Source: Balanoglossus misakiensis (taxonomy: Eukaryota > Animalia > Hemichordata). From it: 64,000 nt of DNA. The position numbers and the translations under genes are program-made. The stretch's first letter is position 1, and each line of letters begins with the position of its first letter. The DNA lies in contig JBECUI020000028.1 in assembly GCA_040954595.2 (NCBI GenBank), positions 124,001 through 188,000 on the forward strand, given 5' to 3'. Positions 51,827-63,449 of the stretch are shown here, one piece after another. Under the pieces are notes generated by a model. The model searched no databases. It was not told the origin of the DNA and saw only the letters and a list, made by a program, of their open reading frames with translations.

Positions 51827-54721
51827 ATGTTTCTACTGCCAAGAAATTAAAATTACATTGCATGATGTTGCCACTTTTGTAATTTGTTTTATTGAAATGA
51901 CTGTATTTTTGAAAAAAATTAATTGTATAAATGCATAATTTTGTAAACTTCCAATTGTCAAAAAGCTAAAATAAAAATGGCATGAAATTGAAATAAATGA
52001 CTCCTCACAACTGACCACTATTTGAGATTATCAAATTTTTATTACAAAGAACTAAAAAATTCATATAAAATTACATTCAATTCATGATTATTATAACAAT
52101 GCACAAAACTCTCTCTCAACTTTATCAACCCCGAACCCACACAATCCAACCCCATACCCATTAACAAATCAACTCCCATAATTTATAAATAATGATAAAA
52201 GAAAATAACATTGGAATCCAATTTGGCGAAAGAAATGATTGCTGTATTTAAATAATATATGAAACCAAGTTTATTATAAAAAAAAATTAAATGACACTCA
52301 ATATTTTGCCAACAAATAAAAATTAATCGTAAAAGAATAAATAAACCTAAAAGATAATAAAAATGTAATTAAAGCATAAAATAAAAGTAAAACATTGCAC
52401 CTGAAGTGTTAGTTGAATAGGTTTCTAAATAGGAAAAAAAATGTGTCATGATTTTAAACAAATGAAATTCGGAAATGATCATAATTTGAATTTTTATCAC
52501 ATGATTGGCTGATATAATGTTTCAATGTTGGGTTATAATATAAAACGTAATTCATTTGTTTCATTCCTATTTAGAAACCTTCAAATAATTTTTCAATAAA
52601 AATATAATTAAAAAAATATATAAATTCTGTTGATTAGAATATAGAAAATCAATAATCTCCTCAGCTGGTCAGCAAGTACAGTGGCAGTAGTTTTCAGTGA
52701 CAGCTGCTCCTCAAGAGGACTAAACATAATTGAAAAAAAGATACACACAAAAACGAGATTAAATCATGGAAAGTAAAAAAAAAGAATAGAGATACATGGT
52801 AAACTAATAGATAAACTGTGAAATATGACCAAAAAAAGATTTTTTTTTATAAATCAATAAAATCTGTAGCCACTGTAATTCAATTGTGTACTGTGCAGTG
52901 TATTTCTGTTTTGCCAATACTGTGTTTTGTGCACAGTTAATATGATAGACAAGGGGAATGGGTGTTTGAATTTGAAATACACTAATAATTTTACTGTTGC
53001 ATTTCAAATTCAAACACTTCTGTAATAGCCCCTTATAAATCATGCACACTGTGCAGTAATTCCAGGAGCTTGGATTTGTTTGTTGCCCGTCGTAGTTGTG
53101 TATGCAGTGATGTTCTGTATGTTAACGGTAGTGTCTGAATTATGTCGTTGCATTCGTGTCGAAGTGTGGCATTTGTTTTTTTTTTCTTCTCTTTCAATTT
53201 CTGCTCTTTCTTTTTCTGTAACAAGTAGTATTTTTTTGCCAGTGCCTGGAGACTTACCTTGGCAGATGATACTTACCAGGGAACGTCTTTTTTCTTCGGC
53301 ATTGATGTTATAATTGCCAATGTGTCTATCCATAGCATCTCCTGAGATGGTAATAGGAGACCGACCATCCTGATACTTGACATAAGATGTCTGTCTCAGT
53401 CGTCCCCTGAAACCCGTCAAGTCGTTAGAGTAGCCTGGGCGGCTACGTTCCAACGACTCGGGGTTTACAAGGCTAACGACTGAGAAGACTATCTTTCTCA
53501 GACTGGCCAGGGCATCATGCCTGCTACAGATGACAACCCACTTACCTGAATCGGGCACTGGAGGAGCTCAGGCCTTGTTGTTTTAGTCGTACTCCTCCAG
53601 GACGGCGTCCGCACCTTGATGGGCATCAGGCCTACCAGATAGTGAAATGGCCTCGTACTTCTCCAGAGTTTGGAGAAGTATTGGTGGATACCGGGCACGG
53701 TCGGTCACGTCATAGACATCAATCATTTGGTAAGTGGGGTGATTCCGACCGTGCCACAGGGTGCGAAGGAGATGTCGTCAAGCCCGTAGGTAAGTGGGTG
53801 AATTGAAGCTCGTGCCCTGTCGAAAGAGGAAAATTCCTTGTAAATGTTGTAGAAGAATATTGTAAATGAAATTCATGTGAGAGTCTGTCACTGCTGCTGC
53901 ATTCAACCAGCCAAAAAACAAACTGGTGGATGCATCAGCAGTGGGATTACTCACATCATGCACATGAAATTCCTGTAGCAATTCGCTCCACAGACAATCT
54001 ATGAATTTGCAAAGAAGGTCAAATGAAATGTGATGATCAGAACACTTCTTCACACATTCTAGAGATCTGCCTCAGGAGAATCCCTGAGATATAGCAAAGT
54101 CCCTGTAAATCCCAATACATAGAAACAAATACACGGGTTTCATAAGTCTAGCGCCCTCTTGTGGCTATCATGAATTTGACCTCAAAGCGAGGCCACTGGG
54201 TGTACGCCCCTGATGAGTTGATGACAGCTCATAAACACAGGCTCAGCGGTTTGTTGACGGAAGTGGCGACGCCGATAAAACTTTTCAAGGTAAGAATTTC
54301 TCGAATTCGCAGCTGTATTTTTGTTTTCAGTCATATTTTAAGCACCTTCTTGTTTAGCTTCTGAGATATTATAGCAAAAAAAGTGTGAATTTTTGCGATC
54401 TCAAATTTTTTTTTTGGAGCGACCGATATAGCGCACGGTTAGCTGGAAAGCCGGCATTCTGGTCAAAGGCACGTATCGATCGATCGACTCAGCGAAAAAA
54501 AATCAAAGTTTACTTTCAGTTTTTGTTACCTTAATTATGATCGAGCCCATAGCCGAACTGCTAAGGGGTGTTATTCACCGAAACTTTATGAATGAGAGCT
54601 TTTAAAAGTTTTAGTTTTATTGCAGACCTTCTGCAGCCTATATTCCTCTTGCATTTGTATTCATGTTCAATGCTTCACAGAGTAAAAAAAATGTAATTGA
54701 CATGCTGGATTTTTACACAGA

Positions 54722-56820
54722 ATGGATGTCACCGTCAGTAATGTATCTCTCAGCGAAGATGATATCCCAGGAGCCAGCTTTGATGGTATTGATCCAGCAA
54801 CGCTGAAAAAGGACAGGCTCCAATTTTGGTTAAGATGTAGGGGTGACACCCTGAAGAACTTAAAAACAAAGGCACAGTTGTTGACAAGGCAAGTAGGGGC
54901 TGGGTAAATTGTTTTTACGTGTTCCATTTGGTTTTGTTGATCAAACAATATAATAATAAATTATGGTCAAATAAATGAAAATGCATGTATTGCAAATAAT
55001 ACTATTAAAATAACAATATTGAAACATTTGTTTTTTTCTGTAGAATAAAGGTGTACATGGAAAATGGAACTGATGCAAAAATTGTTGATCCAGATCCAAA
55101 CAAAAGCTATACTAAGATGAAGATACAGAAAATGAAGGCACTATCATCAGGCCAAACTCCAGCAAATGTCATGTCAGCTCCTGTAGCACCTGTTGGACTG
55201 TCCACTTCTTACCCAAAAGATGGGTGGGGCACGTCGTTGCTAGGATTGCCTTTGTTCACTAGAGCACATATAAATATCCATCTCTCAAAAACAGGGAAGC
55301 AAGTAAAAGGGGATGCTGAGGATAATCACCCAACTAATCAGCAACGGGGAAAAGTGTTCTTTGAAGAAAAATATATCCATGATGTTATGACAAATAAAGA
55401 CACAAACTACTTTTATTTTACAGCAAGGTGTAACCATAGCTACAAAAAACATGCAGAGCCACATAGACTGAAACTAAAGCTTGATCTTCTGGATGGTAAT
55501 GTTGTACATGCTAACTGTACCTGTAAAGCCGGACTTGTAGGCTACTGTAATCATACCCTTGCATTATTATTTCTGATTTCACAATGCTCTTTATTTGATT
55601 TAGAGGATGTTCAAGAGTTTGTAAATATTCACTCAAACATTACTTCTCCAACCTCTAGATTACAAGTGTGGCACCATAGAAACAGAGGTTTGGGGGTTTT
55701 GCCAGAACCTGTTACAAGTTTGGCCATTCGCAAAGTTAAAGTTGATAGTGGTGAGTCAAAATATGCTGTGACTTCAGCATTGTATGATGCCAGAAGAAAT
55801 CCAAATCATGACAACAGTGCTGAAAAAAAGTTCAGAGAAAGTCTGAACCAAAAAAATCCACTGTTTGGGTTTGCGCAGTGCCAGGTCATGCCTGATGTAT
55901 CATTAGTTGATACCAAATTTGGTAAAGTGCCAAATGGCTCAATTTTAAGCTATCAAACACGACACACAGAGTGTAGTTATTCTGTCTTTTGTGACATATC
56001 ATCAGTACCAAGACTGCCATCTGATAATTTGTTAATAGATTTAAATTCTTTTCCTAATTTACCATACAAAGAAACCCCTATATATGACATTAAAATTAAC
56101 AATGAACAGGAACATGCATGGTTTCAATCAATCAAATGTAACAAAGACAGAGAAAATATGATTGAAGCAGAGACAAGAAAGCAGTCTGTCAGTGATAAGT
56201 GGTTTCTGTATAGAAAACCAAGGCTGACTGCATCAAATTTTCACGATGTATGTATAACAAAAAGAAATCACGATGCCCTGTGTAATAGCTTATTTAATTC
56301 TGAAAGTTTTACAAGCAGATATACTGATCATGGCAAAAAATATGAAAGTGAGGGGTTGATAAAATATGCCAAATACATGAATGACACAGATAATTATGTA
56401 TCTCTACACAAATGTGGTCTAGTTATAAACCCCTCGTATTGTTTTCTTGGTGGTACACCGGATTCGAAAGTGGTCGATAGAAAATCATCTGAGCCATATG
56501 GTATTGTAGAAGTTAAATGCCCAGAAACAAAGAAAAATGTCACTCCGTTGGATGCATGCCTTGATCCAACATTTTATTGTTATGATGACAATGGGCAGCC
56601 AAGGTTGAAAGTTTATCACAGATATTATCAGCAAATTCAGGGACAAATGGCAGTGTGTGGGCTGACTTGGTGCGATTTTGTTATATATACATTTAAAGGG
56701 CTCAGCATTGAGAGAATCATATTTGACAGTGTATATTGGCAAGAAATGTTGACAAAACTGGATGTTTTTTTTACCGAACATTACATGCCATTTATCGTAA
56801 CGAGAGAACAAAGTGCTTAA
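54722..56820 (+). CDS. ISL2EU accessory protein: SAP-like N-terminus, SWIM zinc finger and YqaJ (lambda exonuclease-like) nuclease; two coding exons
   Basis: Exon 1 54722-54888 (or 54903), exon 2 55044-56820, in frame; SWIM CTCKAGLVGYCNH; YqaJ motifs RLTASNF, HGKKYE, GGTPD, VEVKCP, YYQQIQGQM, WCDFV. Confidence 0.9.
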
Positions 56821-56981
56821 CCATATTTTTATTGAATGTAGTTGATAAATGTAGTTGATGTTTTAAAAGATGTAAAATGTGTGCATGGTTGAAATGCAAA
56901 TAAAAGACGTATTCATCAATTTAATATTTTATTTTATTATTCACATTACAGCTGTGCCACATCAAAGAACAGACAAAATCC

Positions 56982-58628
56982 TCATGCACTTATTATAGGA
57001 TTCTGTACATTACACAATAGTGCACTTACAGTCCACATTTCATTTACAATATTAAAAAGTGATATAGGGACAACTCTGTCCCAGATATGAAAATTCTTAA
57101 CTTTATTAATTGCCCTTTCTACATGTATGCGCTCAGCAGCAATTTTTTGTGTTTCTATAACATCTTCTGCACTCATTTGGTCACGTTTCTCTAGAAATGG
57201 TGGAATATTCAGAGACACACCTTTAGGCCTCAAGAGGTCAGCTATGGTGAATCCCTTGTCTGCCATTACAGAGTCACCGTGGTCAAATGGCATATCCAGT
57301 AACCCTGATCTACATTCAATTTCTCTGTCAGATATGGAGCCAGTATATAAACTGCTGACAAATGTTACAGCTCCACTTGGAGCTATGCCTATTAGCCCCT
57401 TAAGTGTTACATGGTTTTTGTAATTAGACAATAATTGTGAATGTAAAATCAATGAACTGGGCATTTCCACCCTAATTTCTGAACAATCAATTATGATGCG
57501 GGTACTTGGGTACTTCACTGTAAATGATGCAGGCATGTTTCTTGTGATACTGGCTTTGTCTTGCCAAATATTAAGGTGACCCAGTTTCAAGTAAAGGTAA
57601 TTTATCCAAGTTATAAATATTCTGCTTACAGTTGACATTGAAATGTTAAACAGAAATGCCAGGTGACGCTCAAAGAAACCCTGCCTTAAACGACACAAAG
57701 TAAGAAGAAATTCATCAATTGGCCGTAGGGTCCGAGGGCGACCCATTTTCTTGTCTGCTTGGCTTTTATCAGTATCATGTAATTTATTTGTTGAATTCCA
57801 GTAGTTAATATTTTCTCCCACTTTACCAGGGTCAATAAATTCAAAGACATCCATTAACGCCAGAAAATTTGGAAATCCTGTATAAGATGAAATTACCTCA
57901 TCACTCTCTTTCATATTTTCAATGTTGAATTGATTACTTTTCAAATTCTTTATTTCTAAATCCTTTTTAATTAAATCCTCCCTCAATAGTTTTACTTTTT
58001 CTTTAAGCATTTCAATGGTTTTTGCATTTGAAAACTCTACATCAGCAATTTTGTTAATAAGTCTCTGGTTTTCAAAAGTAAGTCTTTCAATTTTTTCAAG
58101 GAGTTGCTGTTCATTCCTATGATTTCCAGATGAGATGCCCAGATGTGATTGGTCAACTTCATGACACCCAAGTGTCTGTTGATGAAGTACTTCAGTGCTT
58201 CCCAGCTGACATCTCTCGTGAAGGTCTCCTGTGGCGGAATCACTTACAGTAGACAATTTACCACTTGGATGCATGCTGTGATTTTCATTTACCTCCATCA
58301 AAGTATTTTTCTGTGGTGCTGTTCTTGGTGTTGGTAACTTTCGTGCATGTTTTGTGGATGTCCATTTGAACTGTGATGGTACAGCATTCGGTTTGAGAAA
58401 ATATTTATTGGCAAGGGTTCTTGATATGTCCTCATCTGTGAAATGCCTTGAGCAAACCTTTGTGTGATGTGTTATTTTGAAAAATTTTCCTTCATCCCTC
58501 TTGATTTTTGTTATCCATTGTTTTCTTCGCATTTTATCGTTTGGAAAAGAAAAAAAGGAAATTTTCTCCCCATTCTCTCCTCTGTACCCAGCTCTTGTAC
58601 AGAACGGTACACAACAGTTATGAACCAT
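56982..58628 (-). CDS. ISL2EU transposase: THAP finger, coiled coil, HTH and IS5/Harbinger-type DDE domain
   Basis: ATG at 58628; THAP CCVPFC...FSFP...W...CSRHF; HTH LAFLFNISMSTVSRIF; catalytic IIDCSE, MADKGF, RIHVERAI; uninterrupted ORF. Confidence 0.95.
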   Translation of the reverse strand: MVHNCCVPFCTRAGYRGENGEKISFFSFPNDKMRRKQWITKIKRDEGKFFKITHHTKVCSRHFTDEDISRTLANKYFLKPNAVPSQFKWTSTKHARKLPTPRTAPQKNTLMEVNENHSMHPSGKLSTVSDSATGDLHERCQLGSTEVLHQQTLGCHEVDQSHLGISSGNHRNEQQLLEKIERLTFENQRLINKIADVEFSNAKTIEMLKEKVKLLREDLIKKDLEIKNLKSNQFNIENMKESDEVISSYTGFPNFLALMDVFEFIDPGKVGENINYWNSTNKLHDTDKSQADKKMGRPRTLRPIDEFLLTLCRLRQGFFERHLAFLFNISMSTVSRIFITWINYLYLKLGHLNIWQDKASITRNMPASFTVKYPSTRIIIDCSEIRVEMPSSLILHSQLLSNYKNHVTLKGLIGIAPSGAVTFVSSLYTGSISDREIECRSGLLDMPFDHGDSVMADKGFTIADLLRPKGVSLNIPPFLEKRDQMSAEDVIETQKIAAERIHVERAINKVKNFHIWDRVVPISLFNIVNEMWTVSALLCNVQNPIISA

Positions 58629-60900
58629 GACTGAAAAAAAAAACATTCATTCCATTGAACATGAGCAGTTATCAAAAATTATCATAGAGATCACGGTCAC
58701 CTTTTTAGTACTAGTGTACAATCTGACAGTTTTATATTCACAGTCCCTTCGAAACTTTTATTCAGTACTGAAAATGCACACCACAATATCACATTATGGC
58801 ATAATGCCACCTTGAGACTAAATAGTACCACAAATTATAGTTTTATTTACTGTATATCGACTTTTATTTTTTTTTTCGCTGAGTCGATCGAAGTAACAGT
58901 TACACTAAAACCCAAGTAACCGTATCGCGTGCTCTTTTTCGGTCGCTCCAAAAAAAAATTTTGAGATCGCAAAAATTGAAAGAAATTCACACTTTTTTTG
59001 CTATAATATCTCAGAAGCTAAACAAGAAGGTGCTTAAAATATGACTGAAAACAAAAATACAGCTACGAATTCGAGAAATTCTTACCTTGAAAAGTTTTAT
59101 CGGCGTCGCCACTTCCGTCAACAAACCGCTGAGCCTGTGTTTACGAGCTGTCATCAACTCATCAGGGGCGTACACCCAGTGGCCTCGCTTTGAGGTCAAA
59201 TTCATGATAGCCACAAGAGGGCGCTAGACTTATGAAACCCGTGTATGATTTGACTGCATTGATTTCTTCATGTAAAAGGCCCGTCCTTAAAACAACCCAT
59301 GAAAATATTCCCTCATGATCTTCTGATAAAATTTTCCGAATAATTACATATGGCAAGCCATCACACCTGATTATAACCCATTCCATATATGTACAATAAT
59401 CTCCACTGCCCTCGTCATGATTAAAATATTGTTTGATTTTTGCAAGTTTACCAATGTGATTAAGAATTTCTTTCACTGATTTGAAACAATTAGGATTTAC
59501 AAAAATAGGAGACATAACATAAATATTTGCTTTATTTGCTTGTTTTGGGGGCTTTTTAACAATTCTGGAAGTTTACTTTCCCATGTGAGCAACCTTTACT
59601 TCACCAACACACTCATGCAAAATGGTTCCCTTCGAATGCCACAACCTCGACACTTAGCAATTCTCCATTTGCCCTTCGTGTGGGTGAAACCACACTTGGG
59701 GCAAATCTCGACGCTGTCAGTCTGTTGTTTTTGTTGTAAGTATGTGTCAATAGAGTCAGTCTGTGGTGCATTTTCTACATTGATAGTGGCTACAGAAGAT
59801 AAAATTAAATCATCAACATAAGAAGCAATGGACTCTTTGACAACTGAATCAAACTCATCATACTTGCTGCCCTCTGTATTGGAAACATCTGTCTCTGAAA
59901 CCTTCTGCCACTGACTTGGCTTCAACCCAGAATCATATTGCAGTGATGATTCTGGGTCCAGCTGAGAAGCAATAATGTTAGTAAAATATCCAAAGTAACT
60001 GAATTACCATTTCTGTTAATGTAATTTTTAGAAAGATGTTGTTCATTATCAAAAGAAAATTCAACTCACCCCTCAGGTGCATCTGGAAAATCAAAATTAC
60101 CTTTGAAAAGAATATTGTTAATGACATCATAACATGGGCCTGCTGTTACGTGGCCCATGAGATCAACTGCCAGGCGACTTCTGGTCAAACTAAATAAAAT
60201 AACTTGAATTGCAGAAATAAAACTACTCACAAACTTAGGATTCCTGGCAGTATAAAGAAGTTCAACGGCATGGGCAAGATATTGAGTGTTATTTTGGATT
60301 CCAGTATTTGGCATACAAATCTCCTCAAGAAGGAAACCAAGACAAGATTCCATTATGACAATAGATTAGGTAAATCTATGTCTGATAAATTTTGAACAGA
60401 CTACCTGTCTTGGTTTTGGCAGAGGAGATCTGCATGCCTGTAAATTTCTAAATTTTCTAATTTCCCAATTTCCCTTACAGCTTCCACCCTCTCTTCCCTT
60501 GTATTAACCTCCCCCCGATTTCCCTTTTCAGTCTCTCAATTTCTTCCTCCAACTCTTTTATTTTCTCTTTGTCCTGAAAATAAAATAAAATACACATGTT
60601 ATTCAGAAATGCCATTTTGATCATTTCAAGGCCCAAACTGACAGCATTTTCTTTGCATTGATTGTAGACCATTTCAATTACCTTGCTTCTGTCTTTCTCT
60701 TCGCCAGTCTTCTTTTGATTTTTTTTCATGTTCACACTCCTGAAATAAATGCAACAGTTTTAAAACATTAAATTATTATTCGCTCATGTAAGTAAGACCA
60801 GTAGAACAATTTTAATTAATTCTGAATAGAAAAAAATTGTTACTGACAACTGGACAAAAAACTACTTAATCTGTAGTGTATTATTTGAACATGATTACCT

Positions 60901-61048
60901 TTATTTTATTTTCATCCAAATCAAGTCACAACAAACTGTCCTTGTAACTTTTATACTCATGTGTATCACTACAATTTCATTTAATCTCTATATTATAAAA
61001 GTTACAAGGAGAGTTTGTTGTGACTTGATTTGGATGAAAATAAAATAA
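60901..61048. repeat. Foldback inverted repeat (55-bp arms, 38-bp loop)
   Basis: TTATTTTATTTTCATCCAAATCAAGTCACAACAAAC...GTAACTTTTATA is mirrored at 60994-61048 with one mismatch. Confidence 0.9.
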
Positions 61049-61386
61049 ACATCTTCGACAAAGCTTCAAAAATTAAGCTTGTTTAAAGGTTTGTTTAGTA
61101 AAGCATTGTTGATTTTTTTTCACCAAGCTTTGAAGACGCTTGGCCAAAGATTGGAATTATAAGGTTTCTCAAAGGTCAGTACAGCTTAGGTTCAACTAAG
61201 GCTAGTAATAAGAAGCTTCAGCGAAGGTTGGCACACGACACGACCCCTTCAGCAAAGGTCGGCACGCAAACTCTTGTAGCAAGCTTCAGCACAAAGCTTT
61301 TTGCAACATTGTTCCAAGCTTTGTCCAAGGTACTGCACAATCGCGTGTGTAGAAGGTGCCAAATACAGGCGTTGCATGTATGATAA

Positions 61387-63449
61387 GGCTGGGCAAATTC
61401 AAAATTATGTTTGACGTCAGCGCGCGCCTAGGTTTACGAGAAATTTCGCAAATACAAACAAATATGCAAATGAGGTCAAACGGGGTCATTGATGTCATAT
61501 GTCTGTTCGTCTCACTATGTCCTCCTATCGACCGTGGTTGTTGCATGACGAGAACGTGTCGTCTGTAGGTTTCAAAGTCGCCTGTGGGTAAAATTGGAGA
61601 AAGATGGCAAAAGATGTTCATAAAACGAGAGTACGCGAAATTATAAGTTGCAGAGTTACACAGAACAAGAAGGTGGCAATAGATTGGTATGCCTTCGAAG
61701 TCAGTCCAAATGACAGCTTCGCTGCGCTGTACAAAGGGCTAGTTCTCCTTAGTCAGACTAAACACGATCGGTTCAAAACAAAAATTGCAAAAGATGGCAG
61801 AACGTCTTGTTACCTGTTACAGTCGGAAAAATGTGGTGAAGGTGAGAAGATAGAGGTGTGTCCACGATTGTCTATCGCAAAAACGTGTGATCGGTTCCAC
61901 AAGTATTACATTCTTTTTGATGTAAAATCAAAAGGAGAGGAAAATACCAACGCTGACGTAGTGCAAACTCAGAAAGATGTTAATAGACCAGTCAGAATTA
62001 TGGAGGTACCTCCATGGTCAGAATGAAAGGTGATTTCAAGGCTGTCCATGTGATCCAAGGTTAGTAAAACATTATTTTATTTACAATTTTGTTGTATGTC
62101 AGTGAATAAATGTTGTGTATGACCATACTGCAGCCCAGAACAAGTTGTCTGAGCCAATTTGTTGCATTCCACATATAGACTGAAAACAAATTTGCTAAAA
62201 TAAATTTTGTTTGAGTAGAATTACAAACTCTGATTTTTGTATCATTTAGTAGCACAGAACTTGGCACTATTCTGTTATAACTCTACAGCTTTGCCTTCTG
62301 TAGTGTTGGCCTAAGTAAGTACAGTTTATGCTGTAGTACCTGTAAAGTCATGTAAACATCCATTTAATTTATACTTTTTTCTTTGCAAAAGATCCTGTTC
62401 CGGATGAAAGTGGGGACCACTTTGAAAGGTTTACAGAAGTCCAAGGCAGACCAACACGTGAAATTAATTGCCCCAGCAGAAAGGGACTGGTACTTGATGC
62501 AGAAAACACCAACTTCAGGCTGAGTGGTGAAAAGTTGGAGCTGTGGACTGGTGCCCTGCATAGATTGCAAAAAGCCCGGGTATGGTAAAGCATTGTATAC
62601 AGTACTATATTGGACATTTTAATATCCATTGTAAATTGGATATTCCTTTCTCATTTGTCAATTTACCACACTGCAAGCCATACAATGTAGTAAATAATGT
62701 GTATTGTGAAAAGGTGAAGAGAAAGGGACTGAACCTCGTACACTGAGACATTAACAGTGTCTTGTTATGTGTTTTCTATGTATATGTACATGTATATTAA
62801 AAAATTAATACAACTAAGACTTCTCTGTTTTTTATTTCTCTTTGATAGGTGTATTTATCTGCAAAGAGGCTTGATTCACAGCAAAAAAAAACAGCAACTT
62901 CAGGTATTCCTAGATGATGGTCTTTATACCTGTGGCGGGGTACTAGTAAAACCAAGTCATCCTCTCTATGGAACGTGTGTTGTGAGCCAGAATCAGAGTT
63001 AAATTTGTTAAATTTTCAACTGTTAAATTTTCAACAGTTCCACTTCGCCAGAAAATGTTGTGTTTTGACTGTTTTCATGAGCAAGTTGTACAGAACTGAT
63101 GGACTTCATCAAATGGAAATTGTGACTGTCAAAATGTTTGGCTGAAACTTTTTTCAATAAAATTGTTCAACTGATATATGCGTATGTGCATTAATATTGA
63201 ATTTACTGTTTACTCAGTATCTTTGAACGTGACACTGTAAACGTCTGTGGAATAATTTAGATGTAAAATATGTTTAAAGTTTAAGGACAAGGGTTTTCTT
63301 CAATGGATATTTGCTTTCAATTTCTCATAATATCTCATTTGCATATTTTGGAATATGTAATTAGTTTGTTTTGTTGACCACCCCCCCCCCCCCTCATAGG
63401 TTTTGGGGTCTTGGGGTGACGTCAAACATAGTTTTGAATTTGCGCAGCC
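61387..63449 (+). mobile_element. Internally deleted Zator DNA transposon
   Basis: About 33-bp TIRs GGCTGGGCAAATTCAAAATTATGTTTGACGTCA / TGACGTCAAACATAGTTTTGAATTTGCGCAGCC; TAA at 61384-61386 and 63450-63452. GG termini and a TWA TSD match Zator. Confidence 0.8.
61604..63002 (+). pseudogene. Spliced remnant of a Zator-type transposase (N-terminal exon plus Cys-rich C-terminal exons, no DDE core)
   Basis: Exon from ATG 61604 to a donor near 62006; exon about 62391-62578 DPVPDESGDHFERFTEVQGRPTREINCPS...CIDCKKPR (frameshifted); exon from about 62849 CIY...YTCGG. Confidence 0.6.

Larger units (their letters stand above)
54131..59244. mobile_element. Apparently intact ISL2EU (PIF/Harbinger-related) DNA transposon, 5114 bp
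   Basis: Near-perfect TIRs of about 300 bp starting ACACGGGTTTCATAAGTCTAGCGCCC; AT at 54129-54130 and 59245-59246, and removal with one AT restores the host frame AVKSFVSMYW; two convergent intact ORFs. Confidence 0.93.
53040..60740 (-). pseudogene. Decayed large DDE transposase gene, Academ-like, interrupted by the ISL2EU element
   Basis: Collinear minus-strand motifs: FDNEQ (about 60050), CPKC...CRGC, VNPN, CDGLPY, GLLHEEIN, [ISL2EU insertion], KCSDHH, RNHPTY, HQGADAVLEE (about 53595-53622), coiled-coil tail; several stops and frameshifts. Superfamily assignment is from motif memory. Confidence 0.65.

Noticed and set aside
53350-53815. Separate GC-rich insertion inside the Academ-like gene
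   Set aside because: It translates in frame with both flanks and holds conserved transposase motifs; kept only as a compositional anomaly.
54161-54364. 67-aa ORF duplicated at 59011-59214
   Set aside because: Mirror image created by the TIRs; non-ATG start; it runs across the predicted splice donor.
60735-62026. Divergent gene pair (Academ-like transposase plus the 61604 ORF) as one two-gene element
   Set aside because: The 61604 ORF lies inside its own TIRs and TAA TSD (61387-63449), so it belongs to an independent element.
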